This document shows, one piece after another, positions 38,666 through 50,161 of a DNA stretch of 64,000 nt. Under the pieces are notes generated by a model. It did not search any database and had not been told where the DNA came from. It saw only the letters and a list, made by a program, of their open reading frames with translations. Location: assembly GCA_905181645.1 (NCBI GenBank), contig CAJIYN010000001.1, positions 460,625 to 524,624 of the forward strand. Direction: 5' to 3'. Position 1 is the first letter of the stretch. Every line of letters starts with the position of its first letter. This DNA is from an uncultured SAR86 cluster bacterium (GTDB lineage: Bacteria > Pseudomonadota > Gammaproteobacteria > Magnimaribacterales > D2472). The translations under genes and the position numbers were made by a program.

Positions 38666-39747
38666 ATGTCAAAGATGAGGTCTCTCGATCGGCTACTACT
38701 GCAGAACTAAAGAAAGCTTTTAAAAAGAAAGCAATGAAATATCATCCAGATAGAAATCCGGACGATCCTCAGGCTGATAAGAAATTCAAAGAATGCGCAG
38801 AGGCTTATGATGTTTTATCTGATCAACAGAAAAAAAATGCATATGATCAATATGGTCATGCAGGTGTAGATGGAATGGGCGGAGGTCCAAACTTTAATGA
38901 TGTGTTTTTGAAGATATTTTTGGAGATATTTTTGGAGGTGCTTTTGGTGGGTCTTCTTCAAGAGGAAGATCAAGAAGAGGGCAAGATCTTCAATATAATC
39001 TCGATCTATCTTTAAAAGAAGCTGTTTTAGGAACTCAAACTAAAATAAAAATACCTTCTCATACTCCATGTAATATTTGTAATTCCTCAGGTGCAGCTGC
39101 TGGCTCTAGTCCATCAGTTTGTGGGAGATGTAATGGAGCTGGGCAGGTAAGAGTTCAACAAGGATTTTTTTCTTTACAACAATCATGTTCATCATGTGAA
39201 GGTACTGGTCAAGTAATTAAGGATAAGTGCAAGTCATGTAATGGCATCGGAGCAACTAAGGAAGAAAAAACATTATCTGTAAATATACCTTGCCGGCGTT
39301 GATAATGGAGATAAAGTTAGATTGACTGGAGAGGGAGAGTGGGAGAAAGGAGGTCAATCAGGAGATCTTTTTGTAGCAATCAGGGTGAACGAAAGTCCAA
39401 TTTTTGAAAGAGAAGGTAAAGATCTATACCTTGAAACTCCAATTCCATTTGAAATATCAGTCATAGGTGGGTCAATTAAAGTCCCAACTCTAGAGGGCAC
39501 TTTATCTTTAAAAATTCCATCTCAAACTCAGACTGGAAAGATCTTTAGGATTAGAGGCAAGGGAGCTGCTGTTGTCAGAGATCCTAGAAGGGGAGATATT
39601 TTATGCAGAGTTATTGTAGAAACTCCATCAAATCTAGACAAAAAACAGACAAAACTTTTGAAAGAATTTACTGACTCATTAAACCAATCAAAAAATTATC
39701 CAGGCACTGAATCATTTATCAAAGCCTCAAGTCAAAAACAAGATTGA
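38666..39747 (+). CDS. dnaJ: Chaperone DnaJ (several frame breaks; abnormal N-terminus)
   Basis: [33 protein letters not shown] (HPD motif), a G-rich linker, four CxxCxGxG repeats ([32 protein letters not shown]), and ORF 39322-39747 as the C-terminal domains. The conserved DYYE.LGV start of the J domain is not intact. Confidence 0.92.
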
Positions 39748-39748
39748 T

Positions 39749-40408
39749 ATGATTAAGGTCTTTATAAATGGACTATCCGGAAAGATGGGGTCGTCTATTG
39801 CAGATATTGCTACTCAGCAAAATGATCTTAACCTCATTCATGATAAGAATATTAAAAATGCAGACGTATTAATTGATTTTTCTAGACCCTCATCAACATT
39901 AAATATTCTAGAATCTATATCAGATATTAATACATCTATAATAATAGGAACAACAGGCTTTGATTTAGAGCAAATTAAACAAATCAAAGAATTTTCCAAA
40001 AATAAAAAAATTCTATTAGCTTTTAACTTAAGTAAAGGAATGTCAGTTATTAAAAAATCAGTTCAAGATTTTGTTGAATTAAATACAAAAAGTTTAAATT
40101 GTTTTATAGAAGATACTCACCATGCTCAAAAATTTGACTCCCCATCAGGTACAGCAATTGAATTAAAGAATATTATAGAATTGAATGACAAAGAGGATTT
40201 AATTTCTAATATTGAAATAATTTCAAAAAGATCTGGGAATATATTCGGTATCCATAAAGTTATTTTTTTAAGCGATTCTGAAAAAATAGAATTTAGACAT
40301 GAGGCTATATCAAGAAATATCTTTGCAGATGGGGCTTTAGAGGCCTCGCATTGGATAAAAAATCAAAAAGAAGGTTTATACAATTTTGAAGATTTTCTCA
40401 AATCATAA
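39749..40408 (+). CDS. dapB: 4-hydroxy-tetrahydrodipicolinate reductase (short form, 219 aa)
   Basis: Intact ORF: GLSGKMG (NAD(P) fold), IIGTTGF, EDTHHAQKFDSPSGTAIEL (the E.HH..K.DAPSGTA motif). Confidence 0.85.
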   Translation: MIKVFINGLSGKMGSSIADIATQQNDLNLIHDKNIKNADVLIDFSRPSSTLNILESISDINTSIIIGTTGFDLEQIKQIKEFSKNKKILLAFNLSKGMSVIKKSVQDFVELNTKSLNCFIEDTHHAQKFDSPSGTAIELKNIIELNDKEDLISNIEIISKRSGNIFGIHKVIFLSDSEKIEFRHEAISRNIFADGALEASHWIKNQKEGLYNFEDFLKS

Positions 40409-40545
40409 AATAGTCTTTAATATTGGTGTATTTTTCTATAAAATATCCAAACTTTTAACACGAAGGTCCCGAACCTGCAAAGTTGGGGTGCTCTTTAAAG
40501 AGTTAACTTTGCTTAGGACTGGAGATTTAACCCTGGAGAAATAAA

Positions 40546-41507
40546 ATGAGTATAGTTTCAGTAAAAGACCTGTTACACGCAGGCGTTCATTTCGGTCATC
40601 AGAAAAGATTTTGGAATCCAAAAATGGATCAATATATCTTTGATACAAGAAAAAAAATTAGTATTATCAATCTTGACCTTACCCAAGAACACTTAAGTGC
40701 TGCTGCCTTTATCTACAAGGATTGAAAATAATAAAGTATTATTTGTCGGCTCATCTTGATAATACAAGTAAAACTATTAAAGAAGAAGCCTCTGGATTAG
40801 GCCTACCTTACGTTAACAAAAGATGGCTGGGAGGAACTCTTACTAATTGGAAAACCATTCGAGGTTCAATTAGAAGACTTCATGATATTGAAGAAATGGT
40901 TTCCTATGAAAAAAATTGAAAAATTAATCAAAAAAGAAGCTGTTGAAATACAAAAAGAACATGCAAAACTTGAAGCAAGTGTTGGCGGAATAAAAGATAT
41001 GAAGGGTCTTCCAGATGCATTATTTATTATAGATATCAAGCATGAAAAAATTGCAGTTCTAGAGGCTAAAAAAATGGGAATACCTGTTATAGCTTTAGTA
41101 GATACAAATTCAGACCCTGATGGAATCGATACTGTTATTCCTGGCAATGATGATGCAAGAAGATCAATTGATTTATATTGCAATTTAATAAAAGAAAATT
41201 ATCAATTTTACGGGTAATGTTCCCGCTCCTGTTGCTGATGTTCAAAAGAAAAATAGAAATAATTAAAAAAGAAGTTCCAGTAGAAGAAGTAGTTGCTGAG
41301 GCTCCAGTAGAAGAAGTAGTTGCTGAGGCTCCAGTAGAAGAAGTAGTTGCTGAGGCTCCAGTAGAAGAAGTAGTTGCTGAGGCTCCAGTAGAAGAAGTAG
41401 TTGCTGAGGCTCCAGTAGAAGAAGTAGTTGCTGAGGCTCCAGTAGAAGAAGTAGTTGCTGAGGCTCCAGTAGAAGAATCTAAAGATTCCGAAGAAGACTC
41501 AAAATAA
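40546..41507 (+). CDS. rpsB: 30S ribosomal protein S2 (frame-broken) with a putative repeat-containing acidic C-terminal extension
   Basis: [27 protein letters not shown]...; [23 protein letters not shown] (ORF 40722-40919); [58 protein letters not shown] (ORF 40882-41217). Joining the tail (ORF 41178-41507) requires two A-run frame corrections, near 41195 and 41250. Confidence 0.88.
41277..41477 (+). repeat. Perfect 27-bp tandem repeat, 7 full copies plus a 12-nt partial copy
   Basis: The unit ccagtagaagaagtagttgctgaggct starts at 41277, 41304, 41331, 41358, 41385, 41412 and 41439 with no mismatches. An eighth partial copy covers 41466-41477. It encodes PVEEVVAEA in the frame of ORF 41178-41507. 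Confidence 0.97.
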
Positions 41508-41530
41508 ATTTTTTTTAGCAAGTTGTAAAA

Positions 41531-42381
41531 ATGGAAATTAAAGCATCACAAGTCAAAGAATTAAGAGACATGTCTGGTGTCGCTATGATGGAGTGCAAAA
41601 GAGCTTTAGTTGAGTGTGAAGGAGATCTTGATAAAGCTTTAGATCTTTTAAGATCTAATAGCTCACTCAAGGCTGAAAAAAAAGCTTCTAGGGTTGCTGC
41701 TGATGGAGTAATTAGAATTATCTCTACAGATAGTTATGCAACCATTATTGAGATAAATTCTGAAACTGACTTTGCTGCAAAAGACGCAGGATTTATTGCT
41801 TTTGCTGACGAAGTTGCTTCATATATTTCAGCTAATAAAGTTGCTGATGTATCTGTATTTGCATCGAGCGAAATAGAAGAAAAAAGAATAGCTTTAATAC
41901 AAACTATTGGTGAAAATATCCAATTAAGAAGAATGGAGTCTATTAATTTTGATGGTGATATGTCATTGGTTCATACCGTCATGGTGAAAGTATGGGAAGC
42001 ATGGTCAAATTAACTGGTGGTGATAAAGCTTTGGCTAAAGATATTGCTATGCATATTGCAGCAAGTAGGCCTCAAGCTATTTCAGCAGCAGAGTTACCTG
42101 CCGAATTGTTAGATAAAGAACGTGAATTTGAAGTGCAAGCTAAAGAGTCAGGAAAAGATGACGCAATCATGAACAAGATGGTAGAAGGAAAAATTAGAAA
42201 ATTTCTTGCAGAAGTATCTTTAACATCCCAAGCTTTTATCAAAGATCCTGATATGACTGTTGGAAAACTTTTATCTGAAAATAATGCAGATGTTATGGGC
42301 TATGTAAGATTTAAAGTTGGTGAGGGGATTGAAGTAGAGTCTAAAAGTTTTGCAGATGAGGTTGCCGATCAATTAAAATAA
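41531..42381 (+). CDS. tsf: Elongation factor Ts (one frame break)
   Basis: ORFs 41531-42013 and 41992-42381 ([34 protein letters not shown]; [17 protein letters not shown]...). The shift is near 41970-41990. Confidence 0.94.
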
Positions 42382-42385
42382 ATCC

Positions 42386-43095
<710 letters not shown>

Positions 43096-43096
43096 T

Positions 43097-43640
43097 ATGA
43101 ATACAATACTTGAATCACTTAAAGAAAGAATGGAGAAGTCTATAGACTCTCTCAAATCAGCATTTAATAAAATTAGAACTGGACGAGCAAATCCTGCAAT
43201 ACTCGACGATATTAAAGTTGATTACTATGGAAATTTAACACCCTTGAATCAAACTTCTAATGTCTCTGTCGAGGAAAATAGAACACTAGTCATTTCTCCA
43301 TGGGATAAAAATTTAATGCCAGAAATTGAGAAAGCTATAACTTCATCTGACTTAGGTTTAAATCCTAGCTCATCAGGTGATTTAATTAGAGTTAAAATGG
43401 AGATATAGAAGAATTTATAAGTGCATATGATTCATTTCTAACTCAAACACCTTCACAATATCAATTAGAAACATTAGAAGAGATGCCAATAATCAAATAA
43501 AGGACATGCAATCATCTGGAGATATCTCTGAAGATGACATGAGACGTTCTGAAGACCTTATTCAAAAAGAAACTGACAGTTATATATCAGTTGTAGATTC
43601 AGAATTAAAAAATAAAGAATCTGATCTTCTAGAAATATAA
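43097..43640 (+). CDS. frr: Ribosome recycling factor (frame-broken in the middle)
   Basis: ORF 43097-43408 (...KIRTGRANPAILDDIKVDYYG..TPLNQ...SDLGLNP...IRV) and the shifted tail SIRNIRRDANNQIKDMQSSGDISEDDMRRSEDLIQKETD...LLEI. The 43390-43460 stretch is not cleanly readable. Confidence 0.9.
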
Positions 43641-43650
43641 ATCGACCATC

Positions 43651-44360
43651 ATGGGTCAACCCAAATCAGAGAAAATAATCTTTCTCATCTAGCAATTATT
43701 ATGGATGGAAATGGTCGGTGGGCTATTGCCAACTCTTTAAATGTTAGTAAGGGTCACAAGCAAGGAGTTGAGGTTGTTAGGGCTATAGTTGAGGAATCTA
43801 TAAGGCAAAATATTGATTCATTAACACTATATGCATTTAGTTCTGAGAATTGGTCTCGACCAAAGCCTGAGATAGAGGCAATAAAAAAATTAGTACTCAA
43901 GGCCATTGAAGACCAAGTACCTGAGCTTACAGAGCAAAAAGTTAAGCTAAAGTTCTTTTGGTAACTTAGAAGATTTTGGCCCAAATGTTATTAACAAAAT
44001 ATCTTTAGCAGAAGATGCTACATCTTTAGAAAATCCATCCCTTCAACTTAATGTTGCTCTAGGTTATGGCGGTAGGCAAGATATTGTAGACTTAGCAAAA
44101 GAAATTTCATCTAAAGTTTTAGCTAAAGAAATCGAAGTGACTTAGATTTACGTGCTAATGGCACAGGCGTATTACGTATTGATAATATAGATTTAGTTCA
44201 GAATCAAATAATAAAACTTAGCAATTTTTTATTATTCCAAATAGCATATGCTGAAATAATGTTTATAGATAAATTATGGCCAGATTTTAAAAGTGATGAT
44301 TTTAATCATTGCTTAGAGTCATTCAAAAATGTGGAGAGAAGGTTTGGAAAAAGAATTTAA
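43651..44360 (+). CDS. uppS: Undecaprenyl-diphosphate synthase (frame-broken; catalytic RTSGE region unrecognisable)
   Basis: HLAIIMDGNGRWA...LTLYAFSSENWSRP (ORF 43701-43964), ...LNVALGYGGRQDIV..., ...LSNFLLFQIAYAEIMFIDKLWPDF...ERRFG. See the finding at 44139-44215. Confidence 0.88.
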
Positions 44361-45162
44361 ACAAACATTTATAAATAGATCAGCAACAGGCCTAATGATG
44401 GTCATTCCTTTTTTAGGATTAATATATGTTGCGAATACTTTTTTAACAACAATCGTAATAGTTATTCTTTCTATGATTGTTTATCTGGAGTGGAGCGGCC
44501 TAACTCACAAAAAAAACCTAGCATTAGATGTATTTTTTATTATTTTATTTACATTTAGTAAATAAAGCTTCAATGTATTTTTTTTATATAATTTAACAGC
44601 ATTATTAGCTCTATTTTGGCTCATTTTTTCAATATTTCTTTTTATAAATAAACTAGGTTCACTCAATCAGAATCTTATTACCTTTGATAACAATATTCTA
44701 AAACTTGCGGTTATCTTAGGATTCCTTTCTAGCCTATTACTACTTATCCAAATTGAAGAAATTAATCATTTATTAATTTTAATTATTATTGTAAACACAT
44801 CACTGGTAGATACTTTTGCTTACTTATCAGGATCACGTTTTGGGAAAACGCCACTTTTAAAAAATATTAGTCCAAATAAAACCTTGGAAGGTTTCTTTGG
44901 AGGCATGGCCGCATCTTTAATATTTGCATTGTTAATGTCTTATTTATATCAGCTACCAACTTCAATGGTTTTAATAATATCTTTTTCAGCTTTCTTTTTT
45001 TCTTTTCCAAATGTTTCAATATCAGTATATAAAGCGGGGTTAAAGATACAGGGTCAATCCTTCCAGGTCATGGTGGTATTTTAGATAGAATTGATTCTCA
45101 CTTATCAGCTGCAACTATCTTCACCTTTCTTATTTTTATTAATCCAAACTTTGGGTATTTAA
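44329..45162 (+). CDS. cdsA: Phosphatidate cytidylyltransferase (frame-broken; start uncertain)
   Basis: ORFs 44329-44565 and 44884-45084 plus shifted pieces (...[32 protein letters not shown]...; ...[15 protein letters not shown]). Removing one G of GGG 45153-45155 gives the stop TAA 45160-45162, abutting the dxr ATG. Confidence 0.85.
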
Positions 45163-46313
45163 ATGAAAAATATTCTTTTATTGGGAGCAACTGGGAGCAT
45201 TGGTGATAGCGTATTAAGTGTCATTAAGCAAAATAGTGATAGCTTAAACTTATATGGAATCGCCGCGGGTAAAAATACTGAGAAAGCAGCAGCTATAATT
45301 AAAAACTTTTCTCCCAAAAATATCTTTATAGATGATATTAAAGCTTATGACGAAATTTCTTCGTCCCATCCAGATAAAAATATTTTAAATTCAGACCAAG
45401 AATTATTAAATTTAATTTCTGATGATAAAGTGGATATTGTTATATCTGCAATTGTTGGTTTTGCTGGTCTTAAAGCAAGTTTAATGGCTGTAAATTCAGG
45501 TAAGACAGTATTGATTGCAAATAAAGAGAGTATTGTTGCAGCAGGAGACATACTCATGCCTCTAGCAAAATCTAAAGGTTCGAAAATTATTCCAATTGAT
45601 AGTGAACACAATGCAATATTTCAATGTTTACCTGCTGACAAGTCAACTACAGACGTTAGTAAAATAATAATTACTGCCTCAGGAGGGCCTTTTTTAGACA
45701 TTCCTTTATCTAAGTTAAATAATATATCCCCTAAAGATGCTTTAAAGCATCCTAACTGGGAAATGGGCTCTAAGATATCTATAGATTCTGCTACTTTAGT
45801 AAATAAGTGTTTAGAATTAATTGAAGCCAGATATCTTTTTGATTTAAATGAAAAATTATTTGAATAGTAATTCATCCCCAAAGTATTATTCATTCGATAG
45901 TTACTTATATAGATGGCTCAAGTATCTCACAAATGAGCAATCCCAATATGGAAGTTCCAATAGCTAATGCTTTAAGTGATATCAGAAAAGTTCCCATAGC
46001 ATTTAAGGAATTAGACTTCAGCAATCTAAAACTTTCTTTTCAAGAGTTCCCTTCAGACAGATCTAAACTTGAGAATCTAGCAAGAGAGATTTGTAACACC
46101 GGCGGCTCTTCAGGCTTGGTCTTCAATGCTGCAAATGAGATAGCTGTCCATGCTTTTTTAGATGATAAGATAAAGTTTAGTCAAATTTATGATGTTATTT
46201 ATAGAACTTTTGACTTGATGCCTTTGTCTAATCCCAAAGATATAGAAACTTTAAATGAATTAAACAATGAAGCACGCATACAGGCTAAGAAGGTGATAAA
46301 ATCCATAACTTAA
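45163..46313 (+). CDS. dxr: 1-deoxy-D-xylulose-5-phosphate reductoisomerase (one frame break)
   Basis: ORFs 45163-45867 and 45933-46313 ([11 protein letters not shown]; LIANKESIV; [13 protein letters not shown]; [21 protein letters not shown]; ...HPQSIIHS... in a shifted frame). The shift is near 45860. Confidence 0.93.
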
Positions 46314-46323
46314 AACTTTCAAA

Positions 46324-47662
46324 ATGAATTATTTAATAGATACATTAATCTACGCAGGGGCCTTTATAGCCCTTTTATTTGTATTGGTAGTTATTCATGA
46401 ATGTGGTCATTATTTTGTTGCCAGATATTTTGGTGTTCACTGTCCTAGGTTCTCATTTGGAATGGGACCAGTTATCTATAAAAGAGTTGACAAGCATGGA
46501 ACTGAATTTGCATTATCTGCTTTTCCTTTAGGTGGATATGTTTCTATGATACAAAAAAAATGTTTGAATTAGAGCCTGAATTGAAAAAAGATTTTACTAA
46601 AGATCAGCTTGAACAAACTTTTGATACCAAACCTAAACTTCAAAGAGCAGCCATCATGCTTGCTGGGCCAGTTGCTAACTTTATATTATCAATATTTATA
46701 TTTTCTTTTATTTTCTCTACAACACCAGATCCTCAATCAACTCTTGTTATTAATGAAGTCAATAATTCCAATATGTTTGAAAAAGGTGATCAGATAACTT
46801 CAATAGATGGAGTTAAAGTTTCAGAAAGAAAAGATATAAGTTTAGAGCTGCTTTCAAAGGCGGGAATGACAGGTGAATTATTAGTTGGCGTTCTTTCAAA
46901 AAATACAGACTCAGTAAAAGAGATATCATTAAGAGTTGATAATTTTTTAACTGACAGCGAGCAACAAAAAAATCCAGTTGATGCATTGAATATAGTTCAA
47001 ACAAGAATGCTGCCTATAATAGGGAGTTTGCTGGTTGGAGGAGCTGCTGAATTGGGTGGATTAAATAAAAACGACAGAATCATAGCTATCAATAATTCAA
47101 CCATATCTTACGCTTCAGAAATACCAGCTATTTTAAATAGCCTAGAAAGCAATTTGGCTGATATACAAATACTTGAGGAGTTCTTAAACTATCTTTAGAA
47201 ATAACATCAGTTATAGATACCTCAGGTAATGAATCAAAGCTTTTAGGAATTGGATTTGGTCTTCAAAGAACTTTTATTGGATCTATAATCAAGGGAACAA
47301 AAGAAACTTACAATCTAAGTGTTAAAACTCTCCAATTTATTGGAAAAATGTTTACAGGAAACATGGGTACTGAGAACTTAAGCGGTCCCATAGGCATAGT
47401 TAAAATGTCTGGTGATACTGCAAAGGCAGGGTTTCTTCCTTTTCTTTATTTGATGGCCTTACTAAGTATTAGTTTGGGCGTTATGAACTTACTTCCTATC
47501 CCAGTTTTGGATGGTGGGCAGCTTGTTATGCTACTTGGTGTTGAGGCTCTTAGAGGCGCACCTTTACCTGATAAAGTAGAAAATTTCGTATATGCTACAG
47601 GCACTGTAATGATACTATTCTTAATGGTATTTGCTGTTTTTAACGACGTAGCAAGATTTTAA
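46324..47662 (+). CDS. rseP: Site-2 protease RseP (frame-broken)
   Basis: ORFs 46324-46572 (HECGH zinc motif), 46560-47198 (PDZ region) and 47348-47662 (LSISLGVMNLLPIPVLDGG). Confidence 0.9.
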
Positions 47663-47668
47663 AAAGGA

Positions 47669-50086
47669 ATGAAATTGAAAAAAATATTTTTAGTCATCTT
47701 ATCTTTTAGTTTTATAAATGTAGCTACAGCATTTGATGAATTTGTAATCAATGATATAAGAATAGTTGGACTTCAAAGAGTTTCAACCGGAAGCATCTTT
47801 AATGTAATACCTGTTAGCGTTGGCGATAGAGTTGATCAAAGAAAAGTTGGAGATATTACAAGAGCCTTATTTGCTACTGAGCAATTTGATGATATTCAGA
47901 TTGGTAAAGAGCTAAATACTTTAATTATTACTGTTCAAGAGAGACCATCAATATCTGCAATAGATATTTCCGGAAACAAAGCTCTTAAAACAGAACAATT
48001 ACTAGAAAGTTTAGATGGCGTAGGGATTAAGGAAGGCGAGGTCTACAAAAGATCCACATTAGACAAAATGAAAGCTGAATTAGTTAGATCATATGCTTCT
48101 CAAGGTAGATATGGTGCTAGCGTAGAAGTTGACGAAATTATTAAGCCAAGAAATAGAGTTCAAGTTAGCATTGTTGTTGATGAAGGCGAAAGTGCAACTA
48201 TTGAAAGTATTGATATATTAGGTAATAAGCTATTTTCTGATGATGATTTATTGAAAAGTTTTGAATTGGGAGAGGGCAGCATACTTTCATTTCTAACAAA
48301 TGATAACCAATACTCTAGAGAAAAATTACAAGGAGACATAGAGAATCTTGAATCATATTATTTAGATAGAGGCTATTTAAAGTATTCACTTGAGTCGACC
48401 CAGGTCAGCTTAACCCGAAATAGAAAAGGTATTCATATTACATTGGGTTTAGTGGAAGGCGATCAATACACTGTTAGCAATGTAAGTGTTATAGGAAATA
48501 TTCCGATTAAACCTGAAGCTTACGAAACTGTTATTCAAACTCAAAAAGATAAAGTTTATTCTCAGGCGGCAATAACGGCTATTGAAGAATTTTTTACTAC
48601 GGTGCTTGGAAACGAAGGCTATGCATTTGCAGAAGTTAAGGGATCTCCTGAAATCAATCAAGATACTCAAGATGTAGACCTAGTTTTTTCAGTAAATGCT
48701 GGAAAAAGGACGTATACAAGAAAAATAATATTTGCAGGTAATCAGATTACTCAAGATGAAGTTTTAAGAAGAGAGATGAGGCAGTTTGAATCTTCATATT
48801 ATGACAAAGAAAAAATTGATCATTCGACAAGACGATTAAAAAGAACCCAGTATTTTGAGGGTGTAGATATCGAAACTATTCCAGTTCCAGGAACTGATGA
48901 TCAGGTTGATGCTGTATATCAAGTTGAAGAAGAAACAACTGGTCAAATTGGTGGTAATGTTGGATATAGTGATTTTGGTATAATGCTTGGCTTTAATCTA
49001 AATGAAAGAAATTTCCTAGGAAGTGGAAATACTGTAGGTATTTCGGTTAATAAAAGTGTTTATCAGGAATCTTATAATCTTTCTTTTTTTGATCCTTATT
49101 ACACCATGGATGGAGTTAGTAGGGGTTACAACGCATACTTTAGAGAAACTGATTACGGTGAATTTAACGTAGCTAATTATTTAACTAATTCAGCTGGGCT
49201 TGGCTTACAGTTTGGATATCCTATCTCAGATACACAAAGAATAGGCTTAAATATAACTTATGATAAGACAGATATTGATTCAGGAACATTACCAGCAAGA
49301 GAGATATCAGACTTTTTATCATCAGAGGGTAATATATTTGAAACTTTAACAGCTCAGACTTCTTGGCAAAGAGTTACTCTTAATAGAGGTACTTTTCCAA
49401 CAGATGGAGCCTCAAGCGCTATTAGTCTATCCTCAACACTGCCCGGTAGTGATATAAATTACTATAGATTAAATATTAGACAAAAGTATTATCAACCTCT
49501 ATCTCAAAATTTAGTATTTGGTTTTTCTGGAGAGATTGGATATTTATCTTCTTTTGGTGATACGAAAGAAACTCCTTTCTTTCAAAATTTTTACGCCGGA
49601 GGCCCAAGATCTTTAAGAGGTTTTGAATCAAATACACTAGGCCCTAGAAGTACTGAAGCACCTTGTTATGAGTTTAATTATTCAGATGGAACATGTCCAA
49701 ATCTTATAGACACTGATGCTGATGGAAAGCCAGATGCACCTGCTTACAATCCTTATATGTTTAGTAATAGAGATCAACCAATTGGAGGAAATGTTAAAGT
49801 TGAGGGTAGCTTTCAATTAATATTTAAACTTCCAATGATTGAGGATCAAAGATCAATGAGATCTGCATTTTTCTTTGATTTTGGTAATGTCTTTTCAACA
49901 AATTGTAAAGATTATCAGATTAACTGCTATGAACCTGATCTGGAAGAGTTAAGGTACTCTTATGGAGTTGGAGTTACGTGGATAACAGGCTTTGGTCCTA
50001 TGAGTTTTGCTATAGCAAAACCATCTAATGCTGGTCCATTAGAGAGAACTGAGCAATTCCAATTTACAATTGGAAATGTCTTTTAA
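47669..50086 (+). CDS. bamA: Outer-membrane protein assembly factor BamA
   Basis: Intact 805-aa ORF with a signal peptide, POTRA repeats and a C-terminal beta-barrel ending ...QFQFTIGNVF. Confidence 0.94.
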   Translation: MKLKKIFLVILSFSFINVATAFDEFVINDIRIVGLQRVSTGSIFNVIPVSVGDRVDQRKVGDITRALFATEQFDDIQIGKELNTLIITVQERPSISAIDISGNKALKTEQLLESLDGVGIKEGEVYKRSTLDKMKAELVRSYASQGRYGASVEVDEIIKPRNRVQVSIVVDEGESATIESIDILGNKLFSDDDLLKSFELGEGSILSFLTNDNQYSREKLQGDIENLESYYLDRGYLKYSLESTQVSLTRNRKGIHITLGLVEGDQYTVSNVSVIGNIPIKPEAYETVIQTQKDKVYSQAAITAIEEFFTTVLGNEGYAFAEVKGSPEINQDTQDVDLVFSVNAGKRTYTRKIIFAGNQITQDEVLRREMRQFESSYYDKEKIDHSTRRLKRTQYFEGVDIETIPVPGTDDQVDAVYQVEEETTGQIGGNVGYSDFGIMLGFNLNERNFLGSGNTVGISVNKSVYQESYNLSFFDPYYTMDGVSRGYNAYFRETDYGEFNVANYLTNSAGLGLQFGYPISDTQRIGLNITYDKTDIDSGTLPAREISDFLSSEGNIFETLTAQTSWQRVTLNRGTFPTDGASSAISLSSTLPGSDINYYRLNIRQKYYQPLSQNLVFGFSGEIGYLSSFGDTKETPFFQNFYAGGPRSLRGFESNTLGPRSTEAPCYEFNYSDGTCPNLIDTDADGKPDAPAYNPYMFSNRDQPIGGNVKVEGSFQLIFKLPMIEDQRSMRSAFFFDFGNVFSTNCKDYQINCYEPDLEELRYSYGVGVTWITGFGPMSFAIAKPSNAGPLERTEQFQFTIGNVF

Positions 50087-50161
50087 ATGATAATTTCATG
50101 CTTTTTGTATAAATTAGTATAAATTAATATAAAATACATCAACTTACTATTGGCAAATTTA

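Noticed and set aside
41277-41477. Possible CRISPR array or minisatellite regulatory element
   Set aside because: The repeats are directly abutting with no spacers. The 27-bp unit keeps an open, compositionally sensible acidic reading frame, and no cas genes or leader are present.
41135-41521. A minus-strand 128-aa ORF with STGASATTS repeats
   Set aside because: It is the antisense shadow of the 27-bp tandem repeat. It has no start context, runs against an otherwise co-directional rpsB-tsf operon, and overlaps the rpsB 3' end.
43385-43460. The middle of frr as an overwritten patch
   Set aside because: The length is close to expectation, and RR…K and …ISIRNIRRD fragments appear in one frame. 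I could not establish non-homology, so I treat it as indel-damaged native sequence.
50100-50145. Direct repeats tataaatta / tataaatta / tataaaat between bamA and skp
   Set aside because: Short AT-rich low-complexity sequence in an intergenic spacer. Any promoter -10-like elements there cannot be distinguished from chance.
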